Assembly (NCBI GenBank): GCA_965205485.1
Contig: OZ242180.1
Location: 3,072,001 to 3,136,000, forward strand
DNA from: Candidatus Latescibacterota bacterium
GTDB lineage: Bacteria; Latescibacterota; UBA2968; GCA-2709665
DNA: 64,000 bases
Direction of reading: 5' to 3'
Of the stretch, positions 48,862 to 58,893 are shown one piece after another. The translations under genes were made by a program, and so were the position numbers. The number at the start of each line of letters is the position of its first letter. The stretch's first letter is position 1. The notes below the pieces were generated by a model that saw nothing but the letters and a program-made list of their open reading frames with translations, was not told the DNA's origin and did not search any database.

Positions 48862-50301
48862 ATGGTAGAAAAGGCGGTGATTATTGCGGCCGGTATGGGC
48901 AGCCGCCTGAACGGACACGGATGTGGCAGGCCGAAGCCGCTGGTTAAAGTGGCCGGCGTGGGGCTGCTGAAGAGGGCCATCCTGACCGCAAGCAGGGCGG
49001 GGATCTCTGAGTTCGCCATTGTCATTGGTTATCGGGGCGATGAGATACGCGAAGCCATCGCAAACGACCCGCAGATCGACGTGAAAATTGATTGGGTTGA
49101 AAACCCGGATTGGAAGCGGGGCAATGGTCTTTCCGTCCTCAAAGCGCGTGATTACGTGGAGGGTACGTTTCTTCTGTTGATGGCGGACCATCTGTTCGAA
49201 CCGAATGTAATCACCCGCATGCGCGGTCTGCTGCTGGGGGCAGGCGAGTCGGCATTGTGCATAGACACCCGGCTGGAACGGATTCAGGACCTGGATGACG
49301 CGACCAAGGTCGTCCTTCAAGGCGACCGGATTCTGAAGATCGGCAAGGCGTTGAGCGAATACGACGCGGTGGATACGGGTATCTTTCTCTGCAGTCAGGC
49401 GCTGTTCGACGGCCTTGAGCTTGCCGTTGCCGGCGGCGACGAGACGCTCTCGGGAGGGGTCCGGGTTGCTGCGTCTCGTGGAAACATGAGGGCGGTTGAC
49501 ATCGATGGCATGTTCTGGCAGGATGTGGATACGCCGGAAGCATTGCGCCAGGGAGAATCGGCATTGTTCGGTCAGCTGGGCAAGCCGACTGACGGAATTG
49601 TGTCGCGGCATTTCAACAGAAGGATATCCGCCTGGATTTCAAGATTCCTGGTAAAGACGCCGGCGACCCCCAACCAGATTTCCGTCGCCGCAATGATGAT
49701 GACCTTTTTGGCCGGCTGGGCGATGGCGCAGGGTAGCTATTTATACATAGCGCTGGGCGGGCTGCTATTTCAATTTGCGTCAGTTGTTGACGGCTGCGAC
49801 GGCGAGATCGCCTCCCTTAAGTTTGCGGGATCCCGCTTCGGGGAATGGTTGGATACGGTCGCGGACAACATTTCCTATCTTGGGTTTTTCGCCGGTGTCA
49901 TATACGGGATGTACAAATTGACGGCTGAACCGGTTGTCATCGCGCTGGGTTTCATCGCCCTTGCTTTGAATGTGCTTGCGGTCCTTCTCATCTGCGTGTA
50001 CCTGAAACAGAGTGGATCCGGAAGCATCGTAAGTTTCAATATGGGTTTTTCAAGCGAAGTACCGGAAGAGCGCCGCGGATACTTGCACCGGGTCTATTGC
50101 GGACTGAAGTTCGCGTGCCGCCGGGACTTCTTCGCCGCACTGTTCTGCGTCCTGGCTGTTCTGAACTTCCTCGAAGCGATTTTCTGGATTTTCGTCCTCG
50201 GGTCCGGCCTGGTCGTGAGCGCCGTTTTCGGATTCATCGGACACATCATGCGGACCCGCACGACGGAAGCCGAGAAGCTGGTTTCGGGAAAGGCGGATTG
50301 A
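48862..50301 (+). CDS. Bifunctional NTP transferase + CDP-alcohol phosphotransferase (IPCT/DIPPS-like)
   Basis: AAGMGSRL...PKPL, MADH, WQDVDTPE; DGIVSRHFNR, TPNQIS, DGCDGEIA...GEWLDTVAD. Confidence 0.9.
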   Translation: MVEKAVIIAAGMGSRLNGHGCGRPKPLVKVAGVGLLKRAILTASRAGISEFAIVIGYRGDEIREAIANDPQIDVKIDWVENPDWKRGNGLSVLKARDYVEGTFLLLMADHLFEPNVITRMRGLLLGAGESALCIDTRLERIQDLDDATKVVLQGDRILKIGKALSEYDAVDTGIFLCSQALFDGLELAVAGGDETLSGGVRVAASRGNMRAVDIDGMFWQDVDTPEALRQGESALFGQLGKPTDGIVSRHFNRRISAWISRFLVKTPATPNQISVAAMMMTFLAGWAMAQGSYLYIALGGLLFQFASVVDGCDGEIASLKFAGSRFGEWLDTVADNISYLGFFAGVIYGMYKLTAEPVVIALGFIALALNVLAVLLICVYLKQSGSGSIVSFNMGFSSEVPEERRGYLHRVYCGLKFACRRDFFAALFCVLAVLNFLEAIFWIFVLGSGLVVSAVFGFIGHIMRTRTTEAEKLVSGKAD

Positions 50302-50415
50302 CAAGAGAGATGCTGCAGGGAAATTTCCGGAAGTAACGAACGGGTATCGAACCGGCCGGAGTGGTGTTCCTGTGCCGGGTCGTTTTGTTTCTGGCCGAAA
50401 AAGGAACTGGATAAA

Positions 50416-51039
50416 ATGAGAATATTGTCGTATATTATTGTGTTTTATGCCCTTGTTGGGTTTTTGGGATATGGCTTCGCCCAGGGTGCGGACCAGGCTG
50501 AACAATTGCTCCGGTCGATGAAGGAACGGGACGGGTCAATAAAGGCAATTGTGAATTCGGAAACTGCGGGAGAAACAGCTGAAGAGCGTGAACAGCTGAG
50601 GGCGATCGTCGAAGGCATGTTCGATTTCCGCCGGTTCGGCAAGGTCGCGTTGGGCCGCCACTGGCAGCGGCGCGACGAGGTTGAACAGGCTGAATTTGCA
50701 GACCTGTGCAGGCGTCTGATCGTCAAGAATTACGCGGACCCGAAGCTGTATACGAAATCCGAGAGAATCGAGTATGTGGGCTCGGAGGTCGACAGCACGG
50801 AAGGCGTTGTCCGGACAATCGTGCATTATAAGGATGAGCAGAGCAACATCGACTACAAGCTCCACCCTGTCAACGGAAAATGGCTGGTTTACGATATGGT
50901 GATTGACGATCTGAGCGTTGCCAGAAATAATCGATCTCAGTTCTACAAGGAGATCCGAAAGTCGTCGTACGAGGGTCTTGTTAAGAAACTCAGAGACAAG
51001 CTGAATGAGGATGAGGCAGACGGGAAAGGGAAGGAATGA
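50416..51039 (+). CDS. MlaC/Ttg2D/HpnM-like periplasmic lipid-binding protein
   Basis: FDF...ALGRHW, WLVYDMVIDDLSVARNNRSQF. Confidence 0.85.
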   Translation: MRILSYIIVFYALVGFLGYGFAQGADQAEQLLRSMKERDGSIKAIVNSETAGETAEEREQLRAIVEGMFDFRRFGKVALGRHWQRRDEVEQAEFADLCRRLIVKNYADPKLYTKSERIEYVGSEVDSTEGVVRTIVHYKDEQSNIDYKLHPVNGKWLVYDMVIDDLSVARNNRSQFYKEIRKSSYEGLVKKLRDKLNEDEADGKGKE

Positions 51040-51042
51040 TTC

Positions 51043-53490
51043 ATGCAGGATAGGTTGAGGTTCCTGGCGGACTTCGTCTATCGACGACACGCCGTTATTA
51101 TTGTTGTTTCGACTCTCCTCTCCGTTTTTTGCAGTTTTTTTGTCTATCGTCTGATCCAGCGCCTCGAGACGGATATCGCGGCCCTGATCCCGGAACACTA
51201 TCCCAGCGTGCAGACTCTCGAGGATATAAAGGCGCGGCTGGGCGGCGTGGGAAGCCTGGTTGTTCTGGCGGAGTGCGGGGATTTCTCGGCATCCAGGCGA
51301 TTCGTGGAAGATCTGTTTGTTGAACTGAGGGCCGAAAAGTACTGGAAATACGTAAATTACGTCGATTTCAAGCGTGAAGTGGATTTTTTCAAGGAAAACG
51401 CGCTGCTGTATATGGATATCGAGGACCTGGAGGACATACAGCTTCGAATCGACGATCGCATCCGGCAGGAGAAGCTGAAGTTATCTCCGATGTTTTTCAG
51501 CCTCGACGAAGGCGAAGACGACGAACCGCTGGATTTTTCGGATATCGAGTCGAAGTACAAGGAGAATGGAGACCGCGGGCACGAGGTATATTACACCAAT
51601 TCGGACAGTACGATCGTTGCGGTTGAGGTGATGGCGTCGGGAACGGTGAGCAATATCGGATTCGCCAAGGAGATGTACGGCGTTATCCGGAATGCCGTTC
51701 AGACGCTCGATCCGGTATCCTACCATCCCGGGATGATCGTCTCCATTGGAGGATCGTACAAGAACAAGATCGATGAATATAACGTCATTCTGGACGATAT
51801 CGCGTCGACAGTCATATTCGGATTCGTAGGTGTCGTCCTGCTCCTCACGTTCTATTTCAGGCAGCCGCTGGCTGCTTTTTTTGTTGCCATTCCGCTCGTC
51901 ATGGGGCTGACATGGGCCTTTGCCATTACCTATTGGGCGATCGGCAACCTGAACACGATGACCGGATTCCTGTTCGTGATCCTGTTCGGTCTGGGAATCG
52001 ATTTTGGCATTCACATGTTTTCCCGGTACCTGGAAGATCGAATGGCGAACATGGACGTCAGACAATCGGTCGAGACGATGCTGATTCAGACGGGGCAGGC
52101 GATCCTGACGGCCGCAATGACCACGTCGATGGCGTTCTATTCGCTGACGATAACGGATTTCAAGGGATTCTCGGAATTCGGCTTTATCGTCGGCACCGGA
52201 ATCATCATGTCGCTGGTGTCAATGACCATGGTCCTTCCGGCTTTTCTCGTTCTTGCCGACGAGCGCCTGAAGCTCGTGAGGATGCGGCAGGTACTCGGAC
52301 ACCATCGAGGCGACGGCAAGGGTCGGTTTCCGATGGCGCCGGTCGTGTTCGCGTTTGCGATCGCCGTTACGGTTTACCTGGCATACAACCTCGACCGGAT
52401 CCAGTTTGAATATGACTTCACCAACTTGCGTTCGAATCTTGCCACTTCGAAAAAGGTGAAAGACAAGATCAACTCGCTCTCGAAATTCAGAGGCGAATCG
52501 CATTCACCAAGCGTGGTACTGGCCGACAGCAAAGAAGAGCTGGATGAAATCGTCGATGCGGTTAACGGCATGATCGCATCCGAGGATCCTACGCCGACAA
52601 TTGACAAGATTCGAACGCTCTGGTCCTTCCTTCCCGAACAGGAGGACGAAAAACTGACGGTGATCGCGGAACTGCGCGAACTGGTGGACGGCGAAGGTGC
52701 GAAGTTGCTGAAGGGCGAGCAGAAGGAGCGAGTGGACGAGTTGCGCGAATTGATGGACGTGAACAAGCTGCATGTGGACGACCTGCCGAAGAATATCCTG
52801 CGCAAATTTGCAACGGTAGACGGCAGCCGCGCCCATTTTGCCTTCATTTACCCCAGCGTGCAACTACGGGACGGACGACAGGCAATTGAGTTCGCGAACG
52901 ACACCCACGTCATTACGACTGAATCCGGAAAGACGTTCTATTCATCCAGTTCCAGTATCATATTCGCGGATATGCTCAAGTTGATGATCCGGGACAGCAG
53001 GTGGGCGATCGGCATTACACTCCTGGTCGTCTTCCTGATTGTATTCATCGATTTCAGAAGCGTCCGAAACGGGCTGATGGTTATGTTGCCGTTGATCTGC
53101 GGCGCCATCTGGATGTGCGGAAGCATGTTCCTGACCGGGATGAAGTTGAATTTCTACAATATGGTTGCCTTGCCCACCATCATCGGGATGGGCATCGATA
53201 ACGGCGTGCACCTGTTCCACAGGTATCAGGAGGAAGGTGCGGATTCGATACCTGTGATCCTCCGGAATACCGGAGGCGCGATGCTCGTGTCGATGATGAC
53301 GACGATGATCGGCTTCTTCGGCCTGATCATGGCAAGGCATCCCGGTTTGAATTCTATTGGAAAACTGGCCGTGATCGGCCTTCTGACCTGTTTTGTTGCG
53401 GCCGTCGTTGTCCTGCCTGCCGTACTCGAGATCCTTGATCGCTTCAAGGGGAGGCGGGGTCCTGTCAGAATCGGAAGTGCGAGGCCGTAA
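51043..53490 (+). CDS. MMPL/RND family transporter (HpnN-like)
   Basis: Duplicated RND TM halves with GLGIDFGIH and GMGIDNGVH. Confidence 0.9.
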   Translation: MQDRLRFLADFVYRRHAVIIVVSTLLSVFCSFFVYRLIQRLETDIAALIPEHYPSVQTLEDIKARLGGVGSLVVLAECGDFSASRRFVEDLFVELRAEKYWKYVNYVDFKREVDFFKENALLYMDIEDLEDIQLRIDDRIRQEKLKLSPMFFSLDEGEDDEPLDFSDIESKYKENGDRGHEVYYTNSDSTIVAVEVMASGTVSNIGFAKEMYGVIRNAVQTLDPVSYHPGMIVSIGGSYKNKIDEYNVILDDIASTVIFGFVGVVLLLTFYFRQPLAAFFVAIPLVMGLTWAFAITYWAIGNLNTMTGFLFVILFGLGIDFGIHMFSRYLEDRMANMDVRQSVETMLIQTGQAILTAAMTTSMAFYSLTITDFKGFSEFGFIVGTGIIMSLVSMTMVLPAFLVLADERLKLVRMRQVLGHHRGDGKGRFPMAPVVFAFAIAVTVYLAYNLDRIQFEYDFTNLRSNLATSKKVKDKINSLSKFRGESHSPSVVLADSKEELDEIVDAVNGMIASEDPTPTIDKIRTLWSFLPEQEDEKLTVIAELRELVDGEGAKLLKGEQKERVDELRELMDVNKLHVDDLPKNILRKFATVDGSRAHFAFIYPSVQLRDGRQAIEFANDTHVITTESGKTFYSSSSSIIFADMLKLMIRDSRWAIGITLLVVFLIVFIDFRSVRNGLMVMLPLICGAIWMCGSMFLTGMKLNFYNMVALPTIIGMGIDNGVHLFHRYQEEGADSIPVILRNTGGAMLVSMMTTMIGFFGLIMARHPGLNSIGKLAVIGLLTCFVAAVVVLPAVLEILDRFKGRRGPVRIGSARP

Positions 53491-53560
53491 CCCGTTTGCG
53501 GGCAGGATTCCGAACGGCTCGACGGCCCCGATCTTTCCCGCTGAAATCCAAATTCCGTCG

Positions 53561-53602
53561 AGGACAGAATACGCGCGTCTTCACGTGTTCTGTCCTTTTT
53601 TT
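53561..53602 (+). terminator. Terminator after the MMPL gene
   Basis: AGGACAGAATACG-loop-CGTGTTCTGTCCT followed by a T run. Confidence 0.75.
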
Positions 53603-53642
53603 GTCTGCGCCTTGACGCGTCGCACGTCAGGATATATCTTAG

Positions 53643-53966
53643 CAGCCCGTTGAAAAAGCCCATCCGGGCTACGGCTGGCCCTTGTGGTCGAAATACTGCG
53701 TTGCGCGCCCTCGCCGAATCGCAGGATGGGACTCGGTTGCGCGCCTCGTCTTCGACCACAATGGCAAGTGTTCTGTCCTGGAAATAGATTGCCGGAATTC
53801 GACCGCCGAGTCGCCCGGCTGGCAAGGCGCCTGAGCAAGGCGACCTGCTCACGGTCACCGAGCGAAGGCAACGCCGCCAGACGGGACGAGACGGCGGATG
53901 AATGGTGACATATTTCCGGGACGGGACACCATGCCTCGCCTGCAGAGCGACTTTATCAACGGACTG
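53643..53966 (+). mobile_element. MITE family 1, 324-bp composite form (family 3 nested at 53769-53928)
   Basis: Near-identical reverse complement of 35691-36014; flanks TTAG / TTAA. Confidence 0.88.
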
Positions 53967-54018
53967 TTAACCGTCCGTCGACTATCCTCGGTATTGCCGA
54001 CAGCCAGGGCATCCGCCT

Positions 54019-54819
54019 ATGGGTTTCTTGATCCCGTTCCTCGTCAGTCTGATTTCAGGTCTGTACACCTCGTTGTGGGGCGCATTCAAGGACTCCCCCT
54101 ATGAGGGCCTGAAGCGCCGCACCTTTCCCCGCAGCGTTTATTTTCATGCAGTCATTTTCTGCGCCCTGTATTGGCTTCCCTTGTTCAGCGGAGATTTCCG
54201 CCAATTGAGCCTGGTGCAGGTCTTCTTTGCCATCATGGGACTGGAACGGTTCCTCGCGGAGCTGTACAAGGGATTCTTCAGATCGGAAGATCAGTCGAAA
54301 TACGCCGTGCCGTCCAGAATCACGTTCTTCGGCCGCCCGGTGACCAGCGAACCGTTGCGCCTCTCATCCGGCGTCGTACTGGTGTCCGGTGTCTTTTCCC
54401 TGCTGTTTCTTTCGATGCGAATCGTGGACTTCGCGGCGTTCGCGGCCGTCGCTTTTTGCACGGGAATGCTGGTTTCTCTCGGAGGCGCATATAAGGACGC
54501 TCCCTTCGAGGGATTCGCGCCCCTGAAATTCCTCCGCTCCGCGATAGTGCTCGCTGTCTGTTCCCCCGTTTTTTTCTATTCGAACAGCCCTCTGTCGCCG
54601 GTGCCGCTCGGCTATCTGATCTTCATGAACGGGGGACTGGAGCGGTTCCTGGTCGAGTACTACAAGACCTACGTGCAACGCACGATGTCCGGGAAGTTCA
54701 GGCCGGACCTGCCCCGGATCGCGCGATGCATCGAGACACGCGAGAAATATCACTATATGGCGTGGATCATTATCGTCGCACTGGCGGTTCTGTACGTCTA
54801 TGAGCTCACGAACCTATGA
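54019..54819 (+). CDS. Hypothetical membrane protein with internal duplication
   Basis: Two copies of GA[FY]KD.P[YF]EG....F.RS...GLERFL.E.YK. Confidence 0.75.
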   Translation: MGFLIPFLVSLISGLYTSLWGAFKDSPYEGLKRRTFPRSVYFHAVIFCALYWLPLFSGDFRQLSLVQVFFAIMGLERFLAELYKGFFRSEDQSKYAVPSRITFFGRPVTSEPLRLSSGVVLVSGVFSLLFLSMRIVDFAAFAAVAFCTGMLVSLGGAYKDAPFEGFAPLKFLRSAIVLAVCSPVFFYSNSPLSPVPLGYLIFMNGGLERFLVEYYKTYVQRTMSGKFRPDLPRIARCIETREKYHYMAWIIIVALAVLYVYELTNL

Positions 54820-56296
54820 AGCCATCGTGATCGGTTCGGGTCTCGGTGGCGGCGCCGCGGCGTTCGCGCTCAGCCGTGCGGGTTTCCGGACGCTGCTGCT
54901 CGAACGCGGCGGGTGGGTGAAGCGGGATGCGCTGGACTGGAGCCCGCGCGGGATCCTCATCGATCAGCGGTACAGAAGCCGTTCCCCGGTGGAGATAGAA
55001 GATGACCGGGGAGTACATTCCATATATCCGAACGAAGCGGTCGGCGGCATGTCGGTGTTCTACGGCGGGGCGTCGCTGCGGTTGCGCGAGAAGGATTTCT
55101 CGAACTGGCCGGTCGATTACGCGGCAATGGAGCCGTACTATACGAAGGCGGAGCATCTCCTGGAGGTGCATGGCCAGGCGGGGACGGATATTCATGAGCC
55201 GCCGAGGTCCGGGGGCTATCCATTCGGAGGGATTGAACTCACGCCTCCGGCGAAGCGGATATACGAGGCCGCGAAGGCGCTCGGGCACCGGCCCTTCAAG
55301 ATGCCGCTGGCTCTGAATTTCACGAACAAGGACCGGCCGGTATGCATCCGCTGTTCGACCTGCGACGGATTTCCATGCCGCATCGAAGCCAAGAACGACG
55401 TGGCCATGACGCTTCTGGCAAAAGCGCAGGCATTCGACCTGGCGGTCATGCCCGGGATGATCGTCCTGCAACTGGAAACCGGAAACGGCAGGGTCGTACG
55501 GGTCCGGTGTCTGGATGGAAATTCAAAACGGCCGGTCGAATTCAGCGCAAAGATCGTGATTCTCAGCGCGGGGGCGCTGCAGAGCCCGGCCATTCTGTTG
55601 CGTTCCGGGCTGGAGCGACTCGACAACCACCGGCTGGTCGGTCGATTTCTGATGCGGCACTGCAATGCCGTGGTCACCGGGCTCTTTCCCTTTCGGACCA
55701 ATCCAGAACGCGTTTTTCACAAGCAGTTGTGCTTCACGGATTTTTACGAAGACCTGAGGGAACGACTGGGAACGTCGGTGGGATCCATTCAGGACATCTA
55801 CACCCCCGCGCCGGAGGTGCTGAAGCAATTCGCGCCGTTCGGATACGGGAATCTGGCCGCGTTTATGGCGCGTTACCTGCAGAATCTGCTTTGTATTGCG
55901 GAGGATGAACCTCAATATGAAAACCGGGTGCATCTGACCTCTCGACTGGACGATTACGGAATCGCGGTTACCGGTGTCGTACATCGATATTCGGACCGGG
56001 ATCGCCTCCGAAGGAAACATCTGACAGACAGGGCCAGGCGCATCCTGAATCAGGCGGGGGGCCTTTATCACCGAATTTACAATATCGAGACGTTTTCTCA
56101 CGCGGTGGGGTCGCTGCGTTTCGGTAACCTCGCCCGTGACAGCGTTCTGGATGAGTGTTGCAGGTTTCGCGGCATCGACAACCTGTTTGTCCTCGACGGC
56201 AGCTTCATGCCCACGTCGGGAGGGGTCAATCCGAGCCTTACGATCGCGGCCAACGCGTTGCGGGTTGCGGACGTTATTCACGCGGAATATGGATAG
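54800..56296 (+). CDS. GMC family oxidoreductase
   Basis: IGSGLGG, VGGMSVFYGG, CxxCxxC, HAVGSLRFG, GGVNPSLTIAANA. Confidence 0.9.
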   Translation: MSSRTYEAIVIGSGLGGGAAAFALSRAGFRTLLLERGGWVKRDALDWSPRGILIDQRYRSRSPVEIEDDRGVHSIYPNEAVGGMSVFYGGASLRLREKDFSNWPVDYAAMEPYYTKAEHLLEVHGQAGTDIHEPPRSGGYPFGGIELTPPAKRIYEAAKALGHRPFKMPLALNFTNKDRPVCIRCSTCDGFPCRIEAKNDVAMTLLAKAQAFDLAVMPGMIVLQLETGNGRVVRVRCLDGNSKRPVEFSAKIVILSAGALQSPAILLRSGLERLDNHRLVGRFLMRHCNAVVTGLFPFRTNPERVFHKQLCFTDFYEDLRERLGTSVGSIQDIYTPAPEVLKQFAPFGYGNLAAFMARYLQNLLCIAEDEPQYENRVHLTSRLDDYGIAVTGVVHRYSDRDRLRRKHLTDRARRILNQAGGLYHRIYNIETFSHAVGSLRFGNLARDSVLDECCRFRGIDNLFVLDGSFMPTSGGVNPSLTIAANALRVADVIHAEYG

Positions 56297-56351
56297 ACAC
56301 CCGCTTTCGGACCGTCGTCGGGCAACGTGACGCCTCTCAGGAATCGGGGAA

Positions 56352-57287
56352 ATGAAGAGAATCTGTCTGGTGGGCTGCGGGACGATTGCCCGCCTGCACG
56401 CGAAGAATCTATCGGGCGCCGCCGAGCTGTTTTTCTGCAGTCGATCCGAAGAGAGCGCCCGGCTTTTCAATGTTGAGTTTCGGGGCAGCGGCAGCTTCCC
56501 TCGTGTGGAGGATGCGCTGGCATCGCCCGACATCGACGCGGTGGTCATTGCGTCCCCGCCCGAATTCCACAAGGACCAGGTGATACGCGCGCTCTCGGCC
56601 GGCAAGGATGTGATGGTCGAAAAGCCGATGTGCGTAACTCCGGAGGAGGTGGAAGCGGTCGGCGCGGCGGTGGCTTCGCATCCGGAAGCGCTGTTGATGG
56701 TGGCCGAAAACTATTATTACAAGCCGTTGCTCAAGAGAATCAGGGCATTGACCCGGGAGCGCCGGATCGGAGACATCAGGTCGGTACAGGTAAGGAAGAT
56801 GTTCACGCAGGCGACAGCCGGCTGGAAGCGCAAGTACGGCGCGTTGCTCGAAGGGGGCATCCACTTTGTCGCTTTGGTTTCCGCGATGTTCGAGTGCGCG
56901 CCGGAACACGTCAACGGCCGGTTTCCCGGACGGCGGGAGGGAGAGCCGGAGCGGACGTCGGTTATTGAATTGACCTATCCCGGAAACGCGACGGCCGAGT
57001 TAAGGTATTCGTGGAACACGAGGAGCTGCACAAACGGCGCCTTTCAGCATTCCCGGATACGTGGTACGCACGGGCACATCGTCTTTGAGAGCAATGGTCT
57101 GTATGTGCTGCAGAAGGGGCGTCGAGGCGTCCGGTTTTTCTTTCCCGGAATATCGGATCTGATGGGCTATCGGGAGATGACCCGGGACTTTCTGCGATGC
57201 ATGGATGACAGGAGCCGGACGCCGTATTCAAACTTTATGAGAGCCAGACGGGATCTGAGAATCGTCTTCGATGCCTATCGGTGGTAA
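56352..57287 (+). CDS. Gfo/Idh/MocA oxidoreductase
   Basis: VGCGTIA, VEKPM, GALLEGGIH. Confidence 0.9.
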   Translation: MKRICLVGCGTIARLHAKNLSGAAELFFCSRSEESARLFNVEFRGSGSFPRVEDALASPDIDAVVIASPPEFHKDQVIRALSAGKDVMVEKPMCVTPEEVEAVGAAVASHPEALLMVAENYYYKPLLKRIRALTRERRIGDIRSVQVRKMFTQATAGWKRKYGALLEGGIHFVALVSAMFECAPEHVNGRFPGRREGEPERTSVIELTYPGNATAELRYSWNTRSCTNGAFQHSRIRGTHGHIVFESNGLYVLQKGRRGVRFFFPGISDLMGYREMTRDFLRCMDDRSRTPYSNFMRARRDLRIVFDAYRW

Positions 57288-57363
57288 CGCACGGTGTTCC
57301 GGCGCGTCTCCCGCCTGTCCGGGCAACCGGTTCGCCGCGTCCCTGGCGGAAATACGAAAACAG

Positions 57364-57392
57364 TTGACCGCATTCATGCTTGTCGCTATATT
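57364..57392 (+). promoter_or_regulatory. sigma70-like promoter
   Basis: TTGACC-N17-TATATT. Confidence 0.55.
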
Positions 57393-57602
57393 TCCGGGCA
57401 ACATCCTCCCCAGCCTCCTCCTTCCTGCGTAATACTCCTTCTCAACAGACGGCCCAGGACCAGTACTTACGAGGTTTCGCTTCCTCCACGCAACGGTCAA
57501 GATTGCTTCTGACGCATTACGTATAAAGCTTGCGTTTTGCCACCCGGATCACGGCCCGGGAAAAACGCCTGGATCGACGTTGCGGGGAAGGACGCGAGGG
57601 AT

Positions 57603-58652
57603 GTGCCGGTGAACGATCGCCTGAAGTACTATCTCGATTCCTTTGTGCCCCTCATCGATGCGGAGCTCTTCAGGTTTCTGCCTCAGGCCGAGCCATTCGG
57701 CTATCTGTACGAACCTATGCGCGATTATCCGATTCGGGGAGGCAAACGGTTTCGGTCCGTACTCGTTCTGCTTGCCTGTGAGGGGCTCGGAGGCGCCGTG
57801 GAGAAGGCGTTGCGGACGGCGGCGGCGTTTGAAATGTTCCAGTCTTTCGCGCTGGTTCACGATGACATTGAAGACGGTTCGGAAATGCGCAGAGGCAAAC
57901 CATGTCTGCACCATCTTCACGGCGTTCCGTTAAGCGTCAATGCGGGCGACGCGCTCCATTCGAAGGTGTTCGAAATACTTGCCAGCAACCGGGACATTCT
58001 CGGCGACGCCATTGCGCTTGATTTGATACAGGAAATGCTCTACGGCGCCCAGCGCACGTTTGAAGGACAGGCGTACGACATCGGCTGGATCGAGTCGGGC
58101 GAGGTCCCCGAAGTTGAGATTTTTCTGGAAATGCTGCGTCTGAAGACGGGCTGGTACAGCGGGAGGGGGCCGTGTACCGCCGGTGCAATCGTCGCGGGCG
58201 CATCCCCGGATTGCCAGCGAGCGGTGGGTGCATTCGGCGAGCGAATGGCGGTGGCGTTTCAGATCAAGGACGATCTGCTGAATCTGACCGTACGGGCCGA
58301 AGATGCGCACCAGGCCCCGGCGACGACTTCCGGAGGTTACGGAAAGGAACGTGGCGGAGACATCGCGGAGGGAAAACGGACCCTGATGGTGATCGATCTC
58401 TTCCACAGATGTTCTCCGGATGAGCAGGAGTGGGTGCGGGAAATCCTGAATCGAGACCGTTCAGAGACGAGAACGGACGAAGTTGAAAGGACGATCTCGC
58501 TGATGGAGCATTACGGTTCCATAAAAAGGGCCGAAGACGCTTGCCGGGCGTGGGCAGCGGACGCGGAAGCGCATCTTAACGAGATTCCTCCCTCCGAGGC
58601 CCGGGAAACAATGCGTGAGATGTGCAGTTTTCTCGTCGACAGGGCATTCTGA
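57603..58652 (+). CDS. Polyprenyl diphosphate synthase (GGPP-synthase-like)
   Basis: GGKRFR, FALVHDDIED...RRG, GQ, KT, FQIKDDLLN, GKE.GGDIAEGK. Confidence 0.92.
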   Translation: MPVNDRLKYYLDSFVPLIDAELFRFLPQAEPFGYLYEPMRDYPIRGGKRFRSVLVLLACEGLGGAVEKALRTAAAFEMFQSFALVHDDIEDGSEMRRGKPCLHHLHGVPLSVNAGDALHSKVFEILASNRDILGDAIALDLIQEMLYGAQRTFEGQAYDIGWIESGEVPEVEIFLEMLRLKTGWYSGRGPCTAGAIVAGASPDCQRAVGAFGERMAVAFQIKDDLLNLTVRAEDAHQAPATTSGGYGKERGGDIAEGKRTLMVIDLFHRCSPDEQEWVREILNRDRSETRTDEVERTISLMEHYGSIKRAEDACRAWAADAEAHLNEIPPSEARETMREMCSFLVDRAF

Positions 58653-58732
58653 GTCACATGGGACCCCGTTCCGACTCATCAGTATACCGAACACCAATTG
58701 CAATTCGAAGATTCCACGATTCCACGAGCTAG

Positions 58733-58893
58733 TGTTCTGTCCCGGAAATAAGTTGCCTAAATTCGACCGCCGAGTCGCCTGGCTCGCAAGGCGCCCGAGC
58801 GCAGGCGCCCTGCGTAAGGTCGGCGAGCGAGGGGAACGTAGCGAGACAGGATGAATCGGCGGTCGAATGGTGAGGAATTTTTGGGACAGGACA
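58733..58893 (+). mobile_element. MITE family 3, free-standing copy (161 bp)
   Basis: TIRs TGTTCTGTCCC / GGGACAGGACA; flanks CTAG / CTGA; homologous to the segment nested in the 324-bp elements. Confidence 0.78.

Noticed and set aside
50416..53490. Hopanoid biosynthesis cluster
   Set aside because: HpnM/HpnN-like transport genes are present, but no shc or hpnCDE is in the window, so the cargo cannot be assigned.
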